DNA of 64,000 nt from an uncultured Methanomassiliicoccales archaeon (GTDB lineage Archaea; Thermoplasmatota; Thermoplasmata; Methanomassiliicoccales; CAZOLG01): NCBI GenBank assembly GCA_964580935.1, contig CAZOLG010000003.1, forward strand, positions 217,098 through 281,097, in the 5' to 3' direction. The position numbers and the translations under genes are program-made. Positions 58,312-64,000 of this stretch are shown one piece after another (the first letter of the stretch is position 1; every line of letters starts with the position of its first letter). The notes beneath the pieces are model-generated. The model was not told the origin of the DNA. It saw only the letters and a list, made by a program, of their open reading frames with translations, and searched no databases.

Positions 58312-58682
58312 TCAGTTTCTCTTGAGATCTAACGCCCTCTCCAGGCAGTGATCTCTTACCGTCCCTCTGCGTCTCAAGAGACCGCCCCCGCCCCACCGTT
58401 CTTTTTTGGTCACGGTGTTCCTGATACCTTCCAGATACCCCCTAGCCCCCTGATCCATGGGATCGCTTATCTCGTGTCAGGAGTACCTGGCCTCCTCAAA
58501 GAGCAGGGTAAGTTCGTTCAACTCTTCAGCTGGAATACCCAGCTCTGCGGTGCCCCGCCAAAATCGATACCCTCGGCGTCCTCCAGATGGTGAACATTCG
58601 ATAATACGAGAACTAACGTAACAATGGCAATGATGGCCAGGAGAATCTTACTGAGGTCCTTCGACTGAAGCTCCCAGTTCAC
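58312..58682 (-). pseudogene. DUF4129-like membrane protein gene remnant (one frameshift, one in-frame TGA)
   Basis: The GTG start at 58682 lies about 25 nt downstream of TTTTATTATAC. A TM helix (ILLAIIAIVTLVLVL) follows. A frameshift occurs near a GGCGGGGC run (about 58550). The DUF4129-type motif reads LTLLFEEARYS*HEIS, with TGA where Gly is expected. Confidence 0.5.
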
Positions 58683-58718
58683 CCTATTTCCTGATTCCGA
58701 GAGGTATAATAAAATTCC

Positions 58719-59363
58719 TTATTTGGAGACTTTCTCCCAGTCGCTCAGGAATCGCTCTATGCCGTTATCGGTGAGTGGATGCTTGAACATCTTCTTGAGC
58801 ACTGCATAGGGGATGGTGGATATGTGAGCACGCATCTTGGCTGCTTTCAACACGTGCTGGGGGTGTCTGATACTGGCAACAATCACCTCTGTGTCAAAAT
58901 CGTAGTTGTCCAGTATATCCATTGTATCGGATACAACGTTCATCCCCTTGTGTCCTATATCGTCTAGTCTGCCCACGAAAGGAGATACGAATTTCGCCCC
59001 CGCCTTGGCTGCCAACAGGGCCTGGTTGGCCGAGAATATCAGCGTCATGTTCACATCGATCCCTTCCGAAGAGAGGATCTTGGTGGCCTTTACTCCATCC
59101 TCTGTCATGGGAACCTTTACATTAACGTTCTCATGGATCTGAGAGAGCTCTCTACCCTCCTCCACAATACCCCCGGTGTCCAGGCTGACCGCCTCGGCAC
59201 TAATCGGTCCGTCGACGATGTCGCATATCTCTCTCACCAGCGTCTTGAAGTCGGTATTCTCTCTGGCGATCAGAGTGGGGTTGGTGGTCACCCCGTCCAG
59301 TACACCCCAGCTGTTTACCTCCCTTATCTGCTCGATATTGGCCGTATCGATAAATACCTTCAC
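58719..59363 (-). CDS. tal: Transaldolase / fructose-6-phosphate aldolase (short, subfamily 3B)
   Basis: Motifs [15 protein letters not shown], Schiff-base Lys in VNVKVPMT, and FVSPFVGR. Confidence 0.9.
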   Translation of the reverse strand: MKVFIDTANIEQIREVNSWGVLDGVTTNPTLIARENTDFKTLVREICDIVDGPISAEAVSLDTGGIVEEGRELSQIHENVNVKVPMTEDGVKATKILSSEGIDVNMTLIFSANQALLAAKAGAKFVSPFVGRLDDIGHKGMNVVSDTMDILDNYDFDTEVIVASIRHPQHVLKAAKMRAHISTIPYAVLKKMFKHPLTDNGIERFLSDWEKVSK

Positions 59364-59364
59364 T

Positions 59365-60303
59365 TCATCTCCTCCTCATCACGTCTTGGACTGCCTCAAG
59401 GATGGATTCCACAGTGAGTCCATACTTCTGCATCAGCTCCTCACTATCCCCCGACTCTCCGAATCGATCGGGTATGCCCACTCTTTTCATGGGCACATTG
59501 CATCCTTCAACCAGTGTGGACGCTACCTGGCCGCCCAGACCGGTGAGGTAGTTGTGCTCTTCAGCCGTGACCACACCTCCCGTCTTCCTCGCCGTCCGTA
59601 TCAGGGCCTCGTCGTCGAGCGGCTTGATTGTGCTCATATTGATCACCTCGGCGGAGATCGATTCCTTCTCCAGTTCCTCGGCGGCATCCAGGCACAGAGC
59701 TACCATCTGACCAGTGCCCACCAGCGAAATATCTTCTCCCTCTCTCATCTTGCTCGCCTTTCCCACCGAGAAAGGGGTATTTTCATCAGTCACAACCGGA
59801 AAATCCACCCTCCCCAGACGGACATAGCACGGCCCTTCCACTTCCATGACCGCCTTGACCGCCTTGTAGGTCTCGTGGATGTCAACGGGTACGACCACGG
59901 TCATGTTGGGCAGCGTGTTCATGAGCGCTATGTCTTCCGCTATCTGATGGGAGGCACCGTCCCCTCCCACCGTTATGCCCGCGTGGGTGGCAATGATATT
60001 GACATTGAAGTTTGGATAGGCTATTGACTGCCTAACCTGGTCCCAGCACCTCCCGGTGGCGAATATGGCGAACGTGGAGGCGATCACCGTCTTGCCACTG
60101 GCGGCAAGACCGGCCGCGGTACCCATCATGTTCTGCTCCGCTATGCCGCAATTGAAGAACCTGTCCGGGTATTCCTCCCCGAACTGATAGGTCTGAGTGG
60201 AGCTAGAAAGGTCGGCGTCGAGAACCACCAGGTCTTCCATTTCCTCCCCCAGTTCGAGAAGCGCTTCCGCGTACCCCTTTCTCTGGGCTGCGTACTCCCT
60301 CAT
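59365..60303 (-). CDS. tktB: Transketolase, C-terminal subunit
   Basis: Pyrimidine-binding and C-terminal domains ([12 protein letters not shown]..., [16 protein letters not shown]). It overlaps the N-terminal subunit gene by 4 nt. Confidence 0.9.
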   Translation of the reverse strand: MREYAAQRKGYAEALLELGEEMEDLVVLDADLSSSTQTYQFGEEYPDRFFNCGIAEQNMMGTAAGLAASGKTVIASTFAIFATGRCWDQVRQSIAYPNFNVNIIATHAGITVGGDGASHQIAEDIALMNTLPNMTVVVPVDIHETYKAVKAVMEVEGPCYVRLGRVDFPVVTDENTPFSVGKASKMREGEDISLVGTGQMVALCLDAAEELEKESISAEVINMSTIKPLDDEALIRTARKTGGVVTAEEHNYLTGLGGQVASTLVEGCNVPMKRVGIPDRFGESGDSEELMQKYGLTVESILEAVQDVMRRR

Positions 60304-61136
60304 TCAGACTCCTCCAGTTCCTTCAACCCCTTTTCCAATTCCTCTTCATCAGGTGCTTTGCCGTGGAAGTAAAGGGACCTCTCCATGAACGAGACCCCCT
60401 TACCCTTCACGGTGTGCGCAATGATCATCGTGGGCCTCCCTCCGGTTCGATCCGCTTCCTCACAGGCCGCCAGAATCTCTTCGAAGTCGTGGCCGTCGAT
60501 CTCTACCGTGTACCATCCGAAAGACTTCCATTTCTCCATCAAAGGTTCGATAGACATCACCTCTTCTGTCGCCCCGTCTATCTGCAGATCGTTCCTATCT
60601 ACGAATGCGGTGATGTTATCCAGCTCGTGGTGAGAAGCCAGCATCCCGGCTTCCCATATTTGACCGCTCTGCATCTCACCGTCTCCGCAGAGACAGAAGA
60701 TGCGGTGTTCCTCGCCATCCCGTTTAGCAGCCAGGGCCATACCGTTGGACACGCTCAACCCCTGGCCCAGCGAGCCGGTGGACATCTCGACGCCAGGAGT
60801 CTTGTCCCTGGAAGGATGTCCCTGCAGTCTGCTGTTGAGCTTTCTCAGAGTCATCAGTTCATCAACAGGAAAATAGCCGCTCTCCGCCAGGCAGGCGTAC
60901 AGAGCGGGGGCAGCATGTCCCTTGGAGAGTACCAGCCTATCTCTACCCTTCCACTCAGGGTCAGACGGCTTGTGGTTCATGACCTTGAAATAGAGAGCGG
61001 TCATAATGTCAGCATAAGACAATGATCCGCCCGGGTGGCCAGAACCCGCCTCGTGGATCATCCTTAATACATGCTCCCTGATCTTTCTGGCCATTCTTTT
61101 CAATTCTTCTAATTCTTCCGGATTATAACTATCCAC
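60300..61136 (-). CDS. tktA: Transketolase, N-terminal (TPP-binding) subunit
   Basis: Motifs GSGHPGGSLS and CGDGEMQSGQIWE. I prefer the GTG start at 61136 (VDSYNPEELEEL..), which lies 7 nt after GAGGTG. The track ORF extends to a TTG at 61187. Confidence 0.88.
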   Translation of the reverse strand: MDSYNPEELEELKRMARKIREHVLRMIHEAGSGHPGGSLSYADIMTALYFKVMNHKPSDPEWKGRDRLVLSKGHAAPALYACLAESGYFPVDELMTLRKLNSRLQGHPSRDKTPGVEMSTGSLGQGLSVSNGMALAAKRDGEEHRIFCLCGDGEMQSGQIWEAGMLASHHELDNITAFVDRNDLQIDGATEEVMSIEPLMEKWKSFGWYTVEIDGHDFEEILAACEEADRTGGRPTMIIAHTVKGKGVSFMERSLYFHGKAPDEEELEKGLKELEESE

Positions 61137-61337
61137 AAACTCGCACCTCGTTGATTGGGGTGAAGGGGTGAAGGAAGTAATGCCCAAATGAATAAAAAGG
61201 TTTTGTAAATCTTAGGCAGCATTCTAGTAATGTGGCCTCATGGTTCTCTATTCTGGGACCGTGGAATGCATGGGGTCCGTGAACTTCGGAATTAATAGAT
61301 AAACCGCCGGGAAATGGCCCAGTCATCTACTCAACAC

Positions 61338-62075
61338 CTACTCGCTCTCTATTCTCGGAGCCAGTAGGTAGTCGACAGTACCGTTATCGTCCGAGATGGT
61401 GAATTCTATTTTTACAGGGTAGTCATTACCTATCCTGATCCTGACCACAGTGCCCGACGGTATAGCTTTGATCATGTTGGAGAAGTAGTCAAGAGGAAAC
61501 AGGCTCTGCACTTTTGCATCACAGTCCAGAGAGACGAGTAGGTCCTTGGGAAGTCTCATGCTCACCGAATCGGTGTCTCCTTCGGAATACATCTCGAATT
61601 CGTCCTTGTTGGCCCTCAGCGAGATATGATCTGAGACACTCTCTGCAGCCCTGATACCCCTCTGCAGTTCCTCTGAGTCCACCTCTAACTCGGCGGGTAG
61701 GTCGAGATTGGGTACCTTCGGATCCGACATGCCTGTGGTATCCACAAGGTTCATCCTCCGAGAGACGTTGCCCACGTTGATGATCAGTCGGTTCCGGTCT
61801 CCCTCTTGCTCAATTTCAATGATATCTCCACTACGGGCCAATCTGAGGACCTCCTTTATCTTATCTAGATCTATCCCCAGTTCTGTTTCATCAGCCTCAA
61901 ATTCTTCAAAAGCTTCCTTATTGACTTCTAGATCAACCATAGCAACATGGGCAGGATCAACAGCCTTCAAAGAAAATCCGTCCGGGTTGAGATTGAACTT
62001 GGCCTCATCGACGAGGGTGGAGACAACATCGACGATGCCTTTTAATGTCTCTGATTTAACCTTAGCACTAAACAT
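61338..62075 (-). CDS. pcn: DNA polymerase sliding clamp PCNA
   Basis: 245-aa protein with a typical archaeal PCNA pattern (F.A.......K.IVD....L.DEA.F......G.....DP.HVAMV.L, C-terminal YLLAPRIE). Confidence 0.92.
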   Translation of the reverse strand: MFSAKVKSETLKGIVDVVSTLVDEAKFNLNPDGFSLKAVDPAHVAMVDLEVNKEAFEEFEADETELGIDLDKIKEVLRLARSGDIIEIEQEGDRNRLIINVGNVSRRMNLVDTTGMSDPKVPNLDLPAELEVDSEELQRGIRAAESVSDHISLRANKDEFEMYSEGDTDSVSMRLPKDLLVSLDCDAKVQSLFPLDYFSNMIKAIPSGTVVRIRIGNDYPVKIEFTISDDNGTVDYLLAPRIESE

Positions 62076-62140
62076 TAGTCGCCCCTTTCCTCCATAATTG
62101 CATGACCGCTAATAAACCTTGCTTAAGAGTCAAACGAGAC

Positions 62141-62446
62141 TCAGTATTCTCTCCAGGAGTGACTGCACTTCGTGCATCTGTATATCCTGGTTTCAGGTTC
62201 ATCGGCTGCTCTGGTCTGCCTGAGGACCCAGAAAGCCTCATTATTTCCGCATTCGGGGCACCTGGCCTTGGTCTTCGGAAGTGTGGGACCGTCAGACTCT
62301 GAATCTATCACCACGGTCTCCTTCTCACGGGTCTCTATTGTGAATTTCTGGCTCTCGCCCTCATTCTTCATCTCGAATCCGCAGCGGCTACATTTGAAAT
62401 TACCGTCTTTTGGAAAAGTTAAAGATCCACATTCTGAACAGAACAT
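62141..62446 (-). CDS. tfs: Transcription factor S (TFS/RpoM)
   Basis: N-terminal zinc ribbon FCSECG...CSRCG. The C-terminal TFIIS-type ribbon is CPECG...RAADEPETRIYRCTKC, with the acidic DE hairpin. The start is set at MFCSECG (ATG 62446). Confidence 0.88.
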   Translation of the reverse strand: MFCSECGSLTFPKDGNFKCSRCGFEMKNEGESQKFTIETREKETVVIDSESDGPTLPKTKARCPECGNNEAFWVLRQTRAADEPETRIYRCTKCSHSWREY

Positions 62447-62560
62447 CTCTCCATCGCCTTGTCCTCGGTATTGGATAACTATATTTAAATCCTTCTGAAA
62501 CAACAACCTTCTAAAACGACAATACCTGCGTCCTTGAGACCGCCACGGTATTCGTCCCCA

Positions 62561-63583
62561 TCAGATGAATTCCCAGTCCCCTCTGGTCTCCTGCCTCTGG
62601 TTCCTTGATTGGCGCTCCCCACTCTCCCCACGCCTCGAGCTTGACTCATCTGAAGAGCCTCTCCCCAGGGAGGTCAACTTCCGAAGGATGGGGATCCCTT
62701 TGTCGGAATTGATCTTCTTATCCATCTTCTTCTGATTCTTCTCCATCAACTTGGCTTTCTTCTTCAGGAATTCCCTCTCTCTAGGGGTCATTTCAATGTC
62801 CATATCCTCTTCATGACGGGCGGCCCTGATCCGCTCCCTGGCCCTCTCCTCGTCATTAGAATACCCCTCCATGGCCTGCATCTCCTCGAAGGAAAGAGGC
62901 CCTCTCGTATTGCTCTTGGAGGGAAAGAATTGTTGAGACCAGGAGGGAACGTAGGAGGAGGCCTCTCGGGGGGAGGCGTTGCCTTCAACCACCACTGTAG
63001 TTTTTGGACCACCATATTTAGTAACAAATTCCATCTCCCTCCTGGTCTGGTCGGACAGAATCCCACCAATGTAAGCGAAGGCAACTGTGATGATGTAACT
63101 GTCAAGGCTGAGGGACGTGGTTGCCTGAAGGGCGTCGAGGAACGATTCAACGTACATTACGGTGAAATTGAAATAGGGCTCGATAAGGGGCAGATGAGCG
63201 GCGATGTAGCCCATTATGGCGCCGGGAGAAAGATCGATGCCGAATATGATTGTGGGTATGATCCCCATCTCTATTCCAGTCATGATCCCGAAGATGGCAA
63301 TAACTGGGATCAGAGCTGCCAAGACCCCCTTCCAGGGCGTCCCCGCTCTTCTCCCTCCGACATAACCGGCAATCATCTGTCCAAAGATAGGTAGCCACCA
63401 CAGTAAAACGGAAAGGAAAAATGTATATTTGACAGCACTCCAGAAGCTGTAGGCTACCTTGGCGTTCTTGAATTCCTTCCCCTCTTCATCTTTGTAAACA
63501 TCGGGAAGTCTGAACACCCCTCTCTGGACCAGCGAGTCGGTTGACTGGTCGTCGCTCTGTTTCTTTCTAAAGATCACGCCCAT
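62561..63583 (-). CDS. Hypothetical membrane protein with charged C-terminal tail
   Basis: 340-aa protein with about four TM segments in the central part and a Lys/Arg/Glu-rich C-terminal third. I recognise no family. Confidence 0.5.
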   Translation of the reverse strand: MGVIFRKKQSDDQSTDSLVQRGVFRLPDVYKDEEGKEFKNAKVAYSFWSAVKYTFFLSVLLWWLPIFGQMIAGYVGGRRAGTPWKGVLAALIPVIAIFGIMTGIEMGIIPTIIFGIDLSPGAIMGYIAAHLPLIEPYFNFTVMYVESFLDALQATTSLSLDSYIITVAFAYIGGILSDQTRREMEFVTKYGGPKTTVVVEGNASPREASSYVPSWSQQFFPSKSNTRGPLSFEEMQAMEGYSNDEERARERIRAARHEEDMDIEMTPREREFLKKKAKLMEKNQKKMDKKINSDKGIPILRKLTSLGRGSSDESSSRRGESGERQSRNQRQETRGDWEFI

Positions 63584-63802
63584 CCCTTCAGTCGGACGAA
63601 TCGTCCGACACTAAATCTAATGATAATTATACTATAAATATGTTTGCGGATTATTTGCGCTGATTAAGTGCCATTGGCCTAGGGCCGCAGGGAGTAGGTC
63701 CCTGGGAAATGATACAGCCAGAATTGGCCACATCTCTTCAAAAAAGTCTATATGAGGCAATATCAGCTATTCGTCTGACGGATTTACCACCTCGAACCCC
63801 TG

Positions 63803-64000
63803 TCACTTGGGAAGGTAGTAATGAAGGCCGAATTCCCTCAGGGCCTTTCTCGTATTCTCTGACGTTACTCTCCTCGAAGATGTCTGATATTCGAGTATTT
63901 CATCCATAGAATAATCAAGGTACTCTGCCAGCTTCTTCAGCCTCTTCCTGGGGAAAGACTGCTTACCAAGCAGTATGCGCCTGATACTCCATCCTGGGTG
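63803..64000 (-). CDS. C-terminal fragment of a probable HTH-domain protein (5' end outside the window)
   Basis: My own translation of the reverse strand gives ...HPGWSIRRILLGKQSFPRKRLKKLAEYLDYSMDEILEYQTSSRRVTSENTRKALREFGLHYYLPK*. The first part resembles the end of an XRE-type HTH. Confidence 0.3.
   Translation of the reverse strand, partial: HPGWSIRRILLGKQSFPRKRLKKLAEYLDYSMDEILEYQTSSRRVTSENTRKALREFGLHYYLPK

Noticed and set aside
58450-58470. In-frame TGA inside the DUF4129-like motif (EEARYS*HEIS) as a possible selenocysteine codon.
   Set aside because: The family consensus at that position is not Cys or Sec; Gly is expected. No SECIS-like structure is evident. The gene also has a frameshift, and its neighbours are decayed.

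Overview
The window is a gene-dense stretch of archaeal chromosome, about 90% coding. Archaeal hallmark genes include thermosome, PAN, PCNA, TFS, aMBF1, Alba, GINS, GPN-loop GTPase, pantoate kinase, geranylgeranyl reductase and Trm5. TATA/BRE-like promoters lie about 27-31 nt upstream of starts, and oligo-T tracts serve as terminators. The gene content looks euryarchaeal, possibly Thermoplasmatota-like, but that lineage guess is inference only. All function calls rest on conserved motifs I recognise in the supplied translations; no database search was run.

Most of the window is housekeeping:
- purS-purL-purQ
- A CoA cluster (pantoate kinase, coaBC, panE) with tmk embedded
- proS, prs and gcvPA/PB
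- A chaperone block: thermosome followed by grpE-dnaK-dnaJ
- gdhA
- Split transketolase plus transaldolase
- Translation and tRNA-modification genes

Observations worth a second look:
1. A tRNA-Lys(CUU) carries a 21-nt non-canonical intron in the T-loop, enclosed by a textbook bulge-helix-bulge fold.
2. A bacterial-type PolX (PHP domain) and an NAD+-dependent ligase LigA are coupled by an ATGA start/stop overlap.
3. Directly downstream on the same strand lies a compact AMP-salvage operon: ribose-1,5-bisphosphate isomerase, form III RuBisCO, AMP phosphorylase.
4. Gene decay is strikingly localised. A surface protein, an MFS transporter and a MoxR/DUF4129 membrane cluster carry frameshifts and in-frame stops, while about 55 surrounding genes are intact.
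5. Several uncharacterised proteins: a 507-aa Cys-rich protein, a DUF166-like protein with a novel N-terminal extension, and a HerA-like ATPase coupled to DUF357.

I could not recognise any CRISPR array, rRNA, transposase, integrase or obvious defence system. I cannot point to a clearly novel multi-gene system and score the findings accordingly.
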